The position numbers and the translations under genes are program-made. A DNA stretch of 64,000 bases from a virus (lineage: Duplodnaviria; Heunggongvirae; Uroviricota; Caudoviricetes; Herelleviridae), in IMG/VR virus record IMGVR_UViG_3300020128_000040. One strand, given 5' to 3'. Positions 37,491-45,985 of the stretch are shown here, piece by piece. Below the pieces are notes generated by a model. The model was not told where the DNA came from, did not search any database, and saw only the letters and a program-made list of their open reading frames with translations. Position 1 is the first letter of the stretch; every line of letters begins with the position of its first letter.

Positions 37491-37730
37491 CGGTACCCGA
37501 TCTGGACACGCTTTGGTCTCACTGTGTCCAGATCGGGTACACGATGCGGCCTGATCGTAACCAGATGCGGTACCCGATTTGGCCACAATGGGTACCTGAT
37601 ACGTCCACCCGCCTGGAGGGCGGTACCCATTCTGGTTACTCCTTGGTCTCATCAGAGCCCATTAGCGGCCCTTGTTGGCGCCAGACACGGTACCCGATTT
37701 GGCCACAATGGGTACCACGTTTGGCCACTC
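37491..37730. repeat. GGTACCC-based repeat array, candidate centromere (parC-like)
   Basis: An exact 29-mer CGGTACCCGATTTGGCCACAATGGGTACC at 37568 and 37688; partial copies at 37491 and 37621; a related copy at 41841. Confidence 0.75.
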
Positions 37731-37770
37731 TGTTTGCCTGGCCGGCTGGCTGGGCACCAGCCGGGCCGGT

Positions 37771-37815
37771 GAAAAAAAGAGGGGGCCCCGACGACCGCTA
37801 GGTCGCTGGAGCCCC
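37771..37815 (-). terminator. probable intrinsic terminator
   Basis: GC hairpin (GGGGCCCC...GAGCCCC) abutting an A7 tract (U-tract on the minus strand), downstream of the HD gene. Confidence 0.5.
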
Positions 37816-37843
37816 CTGGTGGGTGCGGCTGGTCGGATACTGC

Positions 37844-38617
37844 TCACTCGCCGGGCGAGCGCTGGCTGTGCTCATTGCTGGTCTGCTCAGCGGCCCTGTC
37901 GGCTGCCTTGATGTGCCCGCGCAGCGCGAGCACCGCAGCCTCGACCCGCTCGAGGTGGAGGGCCGGGACCTCGTGGCCCCGGGACACAAGCGCCTCGCGC
38001 AGCACGGGCAGCGCGGGGGCGTATTTGGACGCGAGCTTGCGGACCATCGAGTCCGGCGCGCGGCCGTACTGGTGGGACAGCGAGCCCGCGTTGTCGACCA
38101 TGTCGGAGGCCTTGACCAGCAGCGGCCAGTCGTCCTCGTTCGAGGCGATCGCCTCGATCTTGGCCATGTAGTCCTCGGGCGAGGGCCGGGCCGCCTCGTT
38201 GGTCACCGCCTGGACGGTGGCGGCGACCCGGTCGCCGTAGGCCCGGGCCAGCCACGCGGCCGGCGCCTCCTTCACCGCGAGCTGGGAGGCGTAGCGGCTG
38301 GCGCAGTCCTCGACGGTGTCGTGCAGCAGCGCCGCTGTTGTGAGCCCGGCGTCGCGCAGGCCCCAGCGCCGCACCCGCAGCGCCACGCGCATCGGGTGCT
38401 CGATGTAGGGGGTCCGCTCCAGCGGCCCCCGGGCCTGGCGTGTTTGGCCCTCGTGGAGGAGGGCCGCGACCTGGGCGGCGGAGACGACCATCTCACGCTC
38501 GCCGGGGCCGTCACTGGTTATTTCGGCGAGCAGCTCGAACGACAGCAGCGCCGCGTCCATCCGCTTCAGGGGGATGCGCGGGTAGCGCGCTGTGCTCGTT
38601 GTTTGAGTGCTCGTCAT
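37844..38617 (-). CDS. RelA/SpoT-type HD hydrolase (small alarmone hydrolase, Mesh1-like)
   Basis: H.GQ.R...PYIEHPMRVA, AALLHDTVED and VKASDMVDN motifs; no synthetase domain. Confidence 0.88.
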   Translation of the reverse strand: MTSTQTTSTARYPRIPLKRMDAALLSFELLAEITSDGPGEREMVVSAAQVAALLHEGQTRQARGPLERTPYIEHPMRVALRVRRWGLRDAGLTTAALLHDTVEDCASRYASQLAVKEAPAAWLARAYGDRVAATVQAVTNEAARPSPEDYMAKIEAIASNEDDWPLLVKASDMVDNAGSLSHQYGRAPDSMVRKLASKYAPALPVLREALVSRGHEVPALHLERVEAAVLALRGHIKAADRAAEQTSNEHSQRSPGE

Positions 38618-38725
38618 GTCTCTGCCCTCCTGGGCTGGTGGCTGGTCGGGGTGCGCCCCTGCTTTTGTGACAGCCCCCGCCGCCGGCCCCCGGTCGGCGG
38701 GAGCCTGAGGCTCGACCGGCTTGGG

Positions 38726-38977
38726 TCAGAAGATGTCGACGGCAGGGGTCGTCCGGCCCGGGCGGCGCAGCGCCTGCTCGGCCCACCACGGGTCGTCGTC
38801 GCCGGGCAGCGGCGCTGTGCCACTGGTGGTGGCCGGCGCCCCGGGCGAAGGGGGCACAGCCGCCTCGTTGTCTTCGGCCCAGTCGGCGAGCAGCTCGGGG
38901 GTGGCCCGGAGCCTCGTCGGCGTCCAGTAGGCGATGAGGCACTGCTGGCGGTCCTTGCGGATCTCGGCGTCGGTCAT
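38726..38977 (-). CDS. hypothetical protein
   Basis: MTDAEIRKDRQQCLIAYW, 83 aa. Confidence 0.5.
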   Translation of the reverse strand: MTDAEIRKDRQQCLIAYWTPTRLRATPELLADWAEDNEAAVPPSPGAPATTSGTAPLPGDDDPWWAEQALRRPGRTTPAVDIF

Positions 38978-39050
38978 GCCGAGCAATCGACCAGTCTTCT
39001 CAGTGTCCTCATCGGGCGCCTCCTCTCATCAGGGGTCACGGGACGTGCGG

Positions 39051-39239
39051 TCATCTCAGCCTCATGGCCACGAGCACGGTCAGGACGAAGAAGATGTAGG
39101 CGGCCACGGCGCCGGCTGGCTGCGGCCTGTTCTGCTGCGCCAGGGTGAGGCACAGCGCCACGGTGGCGACGAGCACGGAGACGGCCGCGGCCGCCTCGTA
39201 GGCCCATTGCAGCCTGGCGGCCGTGGGGTCAGCGCTCAT
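39051..39239 (-). CDS. small 2-TM membrane protein
   Basis: Two hydrophobic stretches; ATGA overlap. Confidence 0.6.
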   Translation of the reverse strand: MSADPTAARLQWAYEAAAAVSVLVATVALCLTLAQQNRPQPAGAVAAYIFFVLTVLVAMRLR

Positions 39240-39703
39240 GGCTGGGCCACCTCTCGCTTCTGTTGGGCCCAGCGGGCGCGGTCGGCCTCGGTGGGCAGGG
39301 CGCTGCTCACCGGTGACCTCAGCCCCAGGGAGGCGGCGCAGTCGGCGAGCACGAGCATCGCCTCTGCGAGGCCGACGTCCTGGGAGAAGTGCGTGGAGCG
39401 GCCCAGGTACTTGTACCACTCGCCGGTCAGCCCCGAGGCGAAGTGCTCGAAGTTGGGCGGGCAGGTCGGGTGGTCCTCCTCGCCGTCGGCGTCCAGCGCC
39501 CACGGGTGGCGGCCGCCGTCGCACCAGCAGAAGTCCCGGATCGCGAAGACCTCGTTGGAGAACTCCTCGGCGCAGTTGGAGCCGGGCGGGTTCTTGATCT
39601 GGTCCCCGTCCTCGCCGGCCAGGCCGACGACCATGTCGCCCAGGGCCTGGCAGACCAGCTCCATGGCTGCTGATTCGTGCTGGTTCCTCTCAGTGGCGCT
39701 CAT
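39236..39703 (-). CDS. hypothetical protein (actinophage-like, Cys/His motif)
   Basis: CWCDGGRH...CPPNFEH...WYKYLGR; GAAGGAGAG RBS. Confidence 0.72.
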   Translation of the reverse strand: MSATERNQHESAAMELVCQALGDMVVGLAGEDGDQIKNPPGSNCAEEFSNEVFAIRDFCWCDGGRHPWALDADGEEDHPTCPPNFEHFASGLTGEWYKYLGRSTHFSQDVGLAEAMLVLADCAASLGLRSPVSSALPTEADRARWAQQKREVAQP

Positions 39704-40014
39704 TGTCGCTCTCCTTCTCCGCTGTGGTGCCGCTTGGCCAGATATGGCCCGGCCTCGCCGCGCACCAGGTCCGCGAGGGCCTGGGCGTAGGCGTCCTTGG
39801 CCTTCTCGACCTCGTGCTGGTGGTAGATGCCGTACCCGCCCTCGGCGGTGGCGGCGTCCCACGCCTGGATCGCCGCGGCCAGGTCCAGCCGCGCCTCGGC
39901 CTCAGCCCTGGATAGGGCCTTGATGGCGGGGTCGGAGCTCGACCGGCGCATGCCCAGGGTGAAAGTGGCTGCCGCCCGGCGGCTGGCTGCCTCATTGTTG
40001 TCCTCGTCGGCCAT
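39700..40014 (-). CDS. hypothetical protein
   Basis: GAAGGAGGG RBS, helical, 104 aa. Confidence 0.65.
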   Translation of the reverse strand: MADEDNNEAASRRAAATFTLGMRRSSSDPAIKALSRAEAEARLDLAAAIQAWDAATAEGGYGIYHQHEVEKAKDAYAQALADLVRGEAGPYLAKRHHSGEGERQ

Positions 40015-40034
40015 GGCGCGGCCCTCCTTCGTTC

Positions 40035-41012
40035 TCAGTACCCGCGGTCGCGGGCGGTGTGCAGCGCCTCGAAGAGCGCCCAGTGGTCGCAGGCGTAGAG
40101 CCCGGAGTTGTGGATCGGGTTCAGCTCCACGACCAGCGCCCGGCCCGTCGCCAGGTCCAGCGCGCAGTCGATGGTCACGGTGCCGCCGTGCTCGGCGGCG
40201 ACCCTCCGGGCGAGGTCGCCCAGGGCGACCTGCACCGCGTGCGGGGTCTCGGTCATCTCCGAGGGGCCCTCGGACCCGTGGTGGCCGCGCAGCATCCTGC
40301 CTTGCAGCAGGCCCGGCTCGTGATCCAAGGGGGTGAGCTCCTCGACGCAGCCGGCGGCTGTGACGATGTGCCCGTCCACGGCGAAGAAGCGGGTCTCCCA
40401 CGTCATGTCCACCCAGTCCTGGGCGAGCAGGGAGGCGGGCAGCCCCTCGAGGCGCACGTACTCCCAGTTCAGCGCCTCGGCGACGGCTGTGTCATTGGCG
40501 GCCCGGTCAGGGGCGGTGGGCAGCGCCCAGATGCCGCCCTTGCGGGTGGCTGACTTCAGCACGACGGTGCCGATTCCGGCCGCATGGCGCTCGGCCATCC
40601 AGTCGGCGACGTCGCTCGCGTTGTCGTCTGTGCCGACGCCTGCCAGCCGCATCTGGCGGCCGCCGTGCTCCTGGACCAGGGGGTGGGCCAGGAACTGGTC
40701 GCGGGCGTGGCCGCCCTCCTCGTCCCGGGAGACGGGGCCGAGCCGCGGCGAGGCGCCGTCGTGGCGCTGGGCCACGACCATCGCCCCCTCGGTGGCCCTC
40801 CAGGACGCAGCCATGCGGCAGGCGTCCTCCCAGAAGTCCTCGTAGTCGGCTGTCGGGTCGGCCTGCTCGATGAGGGGCTCACGGCCCGATGCGGCCAGCG
40901 CCTCGCGGACCTCGGCCAGGATCTCGCCGGCCACGAGTTCGTGGCCGGGCTTGACGCCCGGGAAGTCGCGCAGCGACCCCGTGAACACTGTCTTGATCTG
41001 ATCCTCGGCCAT
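40035..41012 (-). CDS. ATP-grasp domain protein (DUF4343/R2K-like)
   Basis: VVLKS, WETRFFAVDG, TIDCA and VVELNPIHNSGLY motifs; GAAGGAGG RBS. Confidence 0.75.
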   Translation of the reverse strand: MAEDQIKTVFTGSLRDFPGVKPGHELVAGEILAEVREALAASGREPLIEQADPTADYEDFWEDACRMAASWRATEGAMVVAQRHDGASPRLGPVSRDEEGGHARDQFLAHPLVQEHGGRQMRLAGVGTDDNASDVADWMAERHAAGIGTVVLKSATRKGGIWALPTAPDRAANDTAVAEALNWEYVRLEGLPASLLAQDWVDMTWETRFFAVDGHIVTAAGCVEELTPLDHEPGLLQGRMLRGHHGSEGPSEMTETPHAVQVALGDLARRVAAEHGGTVTIDCALDLATGRALVVELNPIHNSGLYACDHWALFEALHTARDRGY

Positions 41013-41279
41013 GGCGGGCCTCCTTCTCGTGCTGGTGTCGTGCTTCGTTCGATGCTGTGCCTCAGCCGGTGGCGCCCCAGAGCTTGCCGGGGGCGAGGCT
41101 GTCGGCGGGCAGCCGCAGGACGAGCCTGTCGCGGCAGGACGGGTCGCCGGGCTCCAGCGGCTTGCTGGGGTGCCCTCCGCCGGCCGGCGCTGCCGGGACT
41201 TCTTGCTCGCGTTGGTGAACATAGTGTCGGCCACCCCTCTCATAGGTGCTCGGTCGGCGGACAGGCACAGTCGCGCGGC

Positions 41280-41531
41280 TCAGGTCGTGATGACTGTCTC
41301 GCCGGAGTTGTGCTGCAACCCGGTCTCGGCGTCGTACTCGCGCCCGTTGTCCAGCAGCAGCAGCGTCAACCCCCTCGGCCCGCCCCGCCGCTCCACCACT
41401 GTGCGCTCGCCCAGGGCACGGCGTGCCTGCTGGGCGTCGGAGGCGGCCACGACGGGGTCGTCGGCCGGCTTGTGGGTGGGGTTCATTCCCACTGTGAGGC
41501 GCTCGCCCCTCTCGTTGGTCATATTGGTCAC
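41280..41531 (-). CDS. hypothetical protein
   Basis: GTG start with AGGAAG upstream; 83 aa. Confidence 0.45.
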   Translation of the reverse strand: MTNMTNERGERLTVGMNPTHKPADDPVVAASDAQQARRALGERTVVERRGGPRGLTLLLLDNGREYDAETGLQHNSGETVITT

Positions 41532-41840
41532 GCTGATACTTCTTCCTGCTCATAGCTGTAGGTCCGTAGGTGAAAAAAGCAGGGGCCGCCGCCAGGTGGC
41601 GACGGCCCCAGGTACCCGCTCCCTCGCATGGAGGGCGGGCGGCGACGAGGCGGCCCCAGGGCCGTCGCGGAGGTGCGTGCTCCGCGCGCAGGCCCCCTCG
41701 CCGACCGGCACAGCCCCGCGCGGTAGCGCGTCGGGCGTGCCAGGCCGCGTGAGCGGACCACCTCGTCAAGGAACATCCCGTAGCGGCTCCGCCGCTACGC
41801 AGGAACCGCAACCAGCGCAGCAGGGCAGCGGAGACCAGGA

Positions 41841-41925
41841 GGTACCCGATCTGGCCACATCTTGGGCCATAATGGGTACCGAACACGTACCCGTCTTGCG
41901 CCACACCCGGTCCACACTGTATAGT
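41841..41925 (+). promoter_or_regulatory. operator repeats and sigma70-like promoter of the partition operon
   Basis: GGTACCCGATCTGGCCACA...AATGGGTACC (41841-41880), a degenerate copy over TTGCGC (41896), 18-nt spacer, TATAGT (41920). Confidence 0.6.
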
Positions 41926-42002
41926 TTCTCTTGGAGTACCAAGAGAAACGACTGATCCGGGAAGGTCAGGAGCAACGAGAGCAGAACAGGAGGCTCAATG
42001 CG

Positions 42003-42488
42003 ATGACGACCAAGAGCAGGAGCGCCCCTCCGCACCGCGTGCGGCTGTCGATCCCAGCGGCCGACGCCTCGACGCTGGAGTGGCTGTCCAAGCAGGACAA
42101 CGCCTCGCAGTCGATGCGCGCCCTGGTGCGCGACTACATCGAGCGGCACGGCTACACCGACCCCACGAGCAGGCCCGTGCGCCAGCTGCCCCGCAGGGGG
42201 CGGCCGCCGCTGGAGGAGGCTGGCCCGTTCGATGAGGCCGACGACAATGACGACAGCGCGCAGGAGGCGGTAGCAGCAGTGGCGCAGGTTCCGTCGAAGT
42301 CAGAGCTTGCAGAGAGGGCGCCGCAGCGCCAGCCGAGGCCCGCGCCGCAGCAACCAGCACAGCGACCAACGGCCAAGACAATGACGACAGCACCACAGCA
42401 TCAGCAACCAGCCCAGCACGACCCGGGCTCCACGCCTGGGGCGTCCGGGGTGGGCGCCTTCCTGGCCGGGAGCCGGGATGAGGACTAG
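42003..42488 (+). CDS. ribbon-helix-helix protein, ParR-like adaptor
   Basis: RVRLSIP (beta) ADASTLEWLSKQ (helix) NASQSMRALVRDYIERHG (helix), then a long disordered tail. AGGAGG RBS; directly upstream of ParM. Confidence 0.7.
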   Translation: MTTKSRSAPPHRVRLSIPAADASTLEWLSKQDNASQSMRALVRDYIERHGYTDPTSRPVRQLPRRGRPPLEEAGPFDEADDNDDSAQEAVAAVAQVPSKSELAERAPQRQPRPAPQQPAQRPTAKTMTTAPQHQQPAQHDPGSTPGASGVGAFLAGSRDED

Positions 42489-42544
42489 CGCCGCGGTAGC
42501 GGTGCTTTCGGACCAGTAGAGACACAGAACCAGGAGAAAGACAC

Positions 42545-43789
42545 ATGACCAAGCCAGACATGACCCTCGTGGGGGGCGTCGACATCGGCAACGGCTACAC
42601 CAAGGGCGTCGTGCGCGGCGACCTCGTGCGGGCCACCGACGAGGTCGACCTGCCCTCCGGCGTCAAGAGCGTGACCCGCCCGGCGCCCAAGACCCCGCAG
42701 CCCGACTCGGCCGCGGCCGAGCTGGCCGGGGGCGACTTCTACAACGCGCTCGACGCCTCGTTCGCTTCGCCGCTGGTGGGCAACGAGCACCGGCGCATCT
42801 TCGGCCGGGCAGGCCTGCAGGCGGAGGGCTCGCGCTACATCGAGTTCAACCTCGCCGGCGAGCAGCCCAAGGCCAACCAGGAGCTCAGCAAGGTGCTCGT
42901 GCTCGGCGTCTTCGCGGCCAAGGCCGTCAAGGACTGGGTCGCGGCCCACGACGGGGCGCTGCCCGACCGCGAGATCACCGCTGAGGTCCACGCGGGGCTG
43001 GCATTGCCGATCAGCGAATATGTGGCAGAGCACAAGGGCTACCCGCTGCGCTTCACGCAGGCCCCGCACCTGGTGACGGTGAAGAACTTCGAGACCCCGG
43101 TGCGGGTGCGCCTGGTGTTCGCCAGCGTCGCGGTGCTGCCCGAGGGCGCCTCCGCGCAGTTCGCGATCAACGACAAGGGCTTGCCGCTGTTCGAGCTGCT
43201 GCTGGCCGACCTGCGCTCGCGCGGGATCGAGCTGCCCGGCGTGGAGCCCAGGCACCTGTACGAGGCCAAGCACACCGTCGGCGTCGACATCGGCGAGGGC
43301 ACGGTGAACTACCCCGTGTTCAGCCAGTCGCCCGCCACGGGTAAGGGCGAGTTCAACGGCGCGGCCTCGGCCACCCTCGGGGTCGGCTACGGCTCGGTGT
43401 TGCTCAACGCCATGGCGTCGATGGAGGGCCGCAGCGACTTCAGCTACGGCTCGCGCAAGGAGCTCAGCGAGTTCCTCCAGCACGCCCCGAGCCCGCTGCT
43501 CAAGGCCCGCTACGAGGCGACCCGCGAGTTCGTGGACGAGGAGGTCGCCGACTTCTGCGAGCAGGTCGTCGACCGGCTCGAGGAGGTCCTGGGCAACGCC
43601 GGGCCCACCGAGGTCGTCTACGTCTACGGCGGCGGCTCCGGCCCCGTCAAGGACGCGCTGTACCCGGCGATCCTGGAGCGCATCAAGCACGTGCCGGTGT
43701 GCTACCTGGACTCCGAGTACTCCCGCCACCTGAACCGCGAGGGCCTGTACCTGGCGGCCAAGCACGGCGCGAAGGCCGCAAAGGCCTGA
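42545..43789 (+). CDS. parM: ParM/StbA-family actin-like partition ATPase
   Basis: VDIGNGYTK (phosphate 1), LALPISEY, VLPEGASA, VDIGEGTVN (phosphate 2), YGGGS (adenosine). Confidence 0.9.
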   Translation: MTKPDMTLVGGVDIGNGYTKGVVRGDLVRATDEVDLPSGVKSVTRPAPKTPQPDSAAAELAGGDFYNALDASFASPLVGNEHRRIFGRAGLQAEGSRYIEFNLAGEQPKANQELSKVLVLGVFAAKAVKDWVAAHDGALPDREITAEVHAGLALPISEYVAEHKGYPLRFTQAPHLVTVKNFETPVRVRLVFASVAVLPEGASAQFAINDKGLPLFELLLADLRSRGIELPGVEPRHLYEAKHTVGVDIGEGTVNYPVFSQSPATGKGEFNGAASATLGVGYGSVLLNAMASMEGRSDFSYGSRKELSEFLQHAPSPLLKARYEATREFVDEEVADFCEQVVDRLEEVLGNAGPTEVVYVYGGGSGPVKDALYPAILERIKHVPVCYLDSEYSRHLNREGLYLAAKHGAKAAKA

Positions 43790-43877
43790 CACCGGCCCGG
43801 GGGCCGGGGAGGGCCGCGACGCCCGCCCCGGTCCCCTTCGGCCTACCCCCGACGAGCGACTACGAGGAGATGGAGAC

Positions 43878-44247
43878 ATGGCATCAAGGCTTGATGCTGG
43901 AGGGGCCCTGCCGACCACGCAGGAGATCGACCACGCCGTGAGGGTGTCGTCAGACAACAAGAAGTGGGCCGACGACGCCGAGCGCCTGGCCGAGGCCAAG
44001 ATCAAGGCGCTCGCGCCGGACGTGGGCATGGAGGAGCTGTCCCGCCTCATGGTGCCCGAGATCGTCGAGTCCCTGGCGGCGCTGCTCATCGCCCTGGGCG
44101 ACGGCTCGCTGTCGCAGGTGCTGGTGCTGCGCGAGGTGCGCGCCCTGCGCGAGGACCAGGCGGAGGCAGCACGAGGAGCTCATCCAGGCGCTGCAGGCCG
44201 TCGGCCGCCGCACGGCGGGCCCGCCCCCGGGAGGGGTGCGGATCTGA
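43878..44247 (+). CDS. hypothetical protein, probably frameshifted near 44163
   Basis: GGAGATGGAG RBS. Codon quality drops after 44163; an alternative frame continues HEELIQALQAV and ends at TGA 44245-44247, overlapping the next ATG. Confidence 0.55.
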
Positions 44248-44726
44248 TGGCCGGCCAGTACGCGAGCGGGACCTCGGTGGACGCCGGGACGTCCCGCGCC
44301 GAGATCGAGCGGACGCTGGCGCGCTACGGCGCGACCGCGTTCGGCTACATGACCCAGGAGTCCGAGGGCTCCTCCCGGGCGGCTGTCACGTTCGTGGCGC
44401 ACGGGCGCCAGGTCAGGCTGACCGTGGCGATGCCCTCGCGGGCCGACCGCAGGTTCACCCACACCCCGAGCACCAAGAAGCCCAGGACGCCCGAGGCCGC
44501 CTACAAGGAGTGGGAGGCCGAGACGCGGCGCGTCTGGCGGGCGCTGGCGCTGCTGGTCAAGGCTCTGCTGGAGGCAGTGGACTCGGGCATCACGACATTC
44601 GAGGAGGCCTTCCTGCCGTACACCATCGTCCCGGGCACGGGGCGCACGGTCCACGAGCAGGTGGGCGCTGACATGGAGCGGGCGATCGCCTCGGGCGAGC
44701 CGCCGCGCCTCCAGATAGGGGCATAG
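44247..44726 (+). CDS. conserved phage-like hypothetical protein
   Basis: YASGTSV...SRAEIERTLARYGA.AFGY...WRALALLVKALLEAVDSGITTFEEAFL; own GGAGGGG RBS. Confidence 0.7.
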   Translation: MAGQYASGTSVDAGTSRAEIERTLARYGATAFGYMTQESEGSSRAAVTFVAHGRQVRLTVAMPSRADRRFTHTPSTKKPRTPEAAYKEWEAETRRVWRALALLVKALLEAVDSGITTFEEAFLPYTIVPGTGRTVHEQVGADMERAIASGEPPRLQIGA

Positions 44727-44727
44727 C

Positions 44728-45801
44728 TTGAGCACCGAGACCGCACCGAGGGGGCGGCGCAAGCCGCCGCCGAGCTCACTGGGGGGAGGGGACTTCCTGG
44801 GCACCAGCGAGCACGTGGGCAATAGTGGGGGCGGGGTTGCCGCCTCTGCTCCTGAGCCTGTTGCTGCTGCTGCAGTGGCAGCGCCGGAGACGACGTTCGA
44901 CTTCGCCGGGCCGCCGGACGACTTCGACCTCATCATGCGAGGGGTGGGCCAGTGGTCGCCGGCCCCCGACGAGCAGCGCCCGCGCCTGGACGCCCGGCGC
45001 AGGGCGCGCCGCAGGCGGCGCGTCACCACCGCCGTCGTCATGGTCGTGGCCCTGGGGCTCATCGCCCTGGGCGCGCACTTCGTGATGAAGGGGCTGGCCG
45101 GGGAGACCGTCGAGGAGATGCCGCTGCCGGAGGAGACCTTCGCGGTTACCGAGGGCGAGGCCGTGACACGGGCCCAGGAGCAGGCCGGGGACCCCGACGC
45201 GGGGGCCGAGCCGCCAGCAGGGCTGGAGGCGATGGGCCCCAACCAGGTCTGGGTGCCCCAGCTCGACCCCGGGCTGGCCGACGCCAGGCCCGACCAGGAG
45301 TTCGTGCCCAGCAAGTACGCCGGGCTGCCGACGCTGCGCATCCCCTCCGACCCGCGCGAGGCTGTGTGGTATTCAGCCGGCGGGCCGATGTGGGGCGGGG
45401 ACGAGGGCACCACCCTGGTGGCCGCCCACGTGGCCACGCGCAAGAACCCGGGCGTGTTCCGGGGCATCGACAAGCTCCAGCCGGGCGACGTGGTCTGGAC
45501 CACGGACGCCGATAACAGGCGCCAGGCCTGGGCCGTCACGCAGCTGTGGGCCGCCGAGCACAAGGCGTTCCCGCAGGAGTACTTCTCCGCCGAGGGCGAG
45601 CGCAGGCTCGTCATCACCACGTGCGGAGGGCGGATCAACGCCCAGGGCTACTACGCCCAGAACGTGTTCCTGGTGGCCGTCCCGGTGACCGTGCCCGGCT
45701 CGACCGTGTACGAGCCGGCCCCCCAGGAGCAGGGGGCGGACGAGGCGGGGGGCGCCGAGGACGTGGCGGAAGACACGCCCGAGGAGCAGCCGGAGGGGTG
45801 A
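44728..45801 (+). CDS. class F sortase
   Basis: TM anchor, AVWY...G..GTTLVAAHV, F..IDKLQPGD and RLVITTCGG (catalytic His/Cys). Confidence 0.9.
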   Translation: MSTETAPRGRRKPPPSSLGGGDFLGTSEHVGNSGGGVAASAPEPVAAAAVAAPETTFDFAGPPDDFDLIMRGVGQWSPAPDEQRPRLDARRRARRRRRVTTAVVMVVALGLIALGAHFVMKGLAGETVEEMPLPEETFAVTEGEAVTRAQEQAGDPDAGAEPPAGLEAMGPNQVWVPQLDPGLADARPDQEFVPSKYAGLPTLRIPSDPREAVWYSAGGPMWGGDEGTTLVAAHVATRKNPGVFRGIDKLQPGDVVWTTDADNRRQAWAVTQLWAAEHKAFPQEYFSAEGERRLVITTCGGRINAQGYYAQNVFLVAVPVTVPGSTVYEPAPQEQGADEAGGAEDVAEDTPEEQPEG

Positions 45802-45985
45802 CCTCCGGCCCTGTCTACTGATACACGAGCACTCTTTGCGGTATTGTTTACTGTGAGGACCGCCCCTCGACATCCCAGCACGACTGGGGGCCGAGGGGCT
45901 TCCGCCTGAGGCACCAGCGGTAACGCGCGGGTGCGGGCAGGCACGATGAAAGACGCACTACCACCTCAGAGAAAGGAACAGGATA

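Noticed and set aside
37491-37730. CRISPR array
   Set aside because: Only two exact 29-bp copies with a 91-bp gap, degenerate others, and no cas genes.
41035-41260. Small ORF upstream of the ATP-grasp gene
   Set aside because: Two frames are equally plausible and neither has a clear start.
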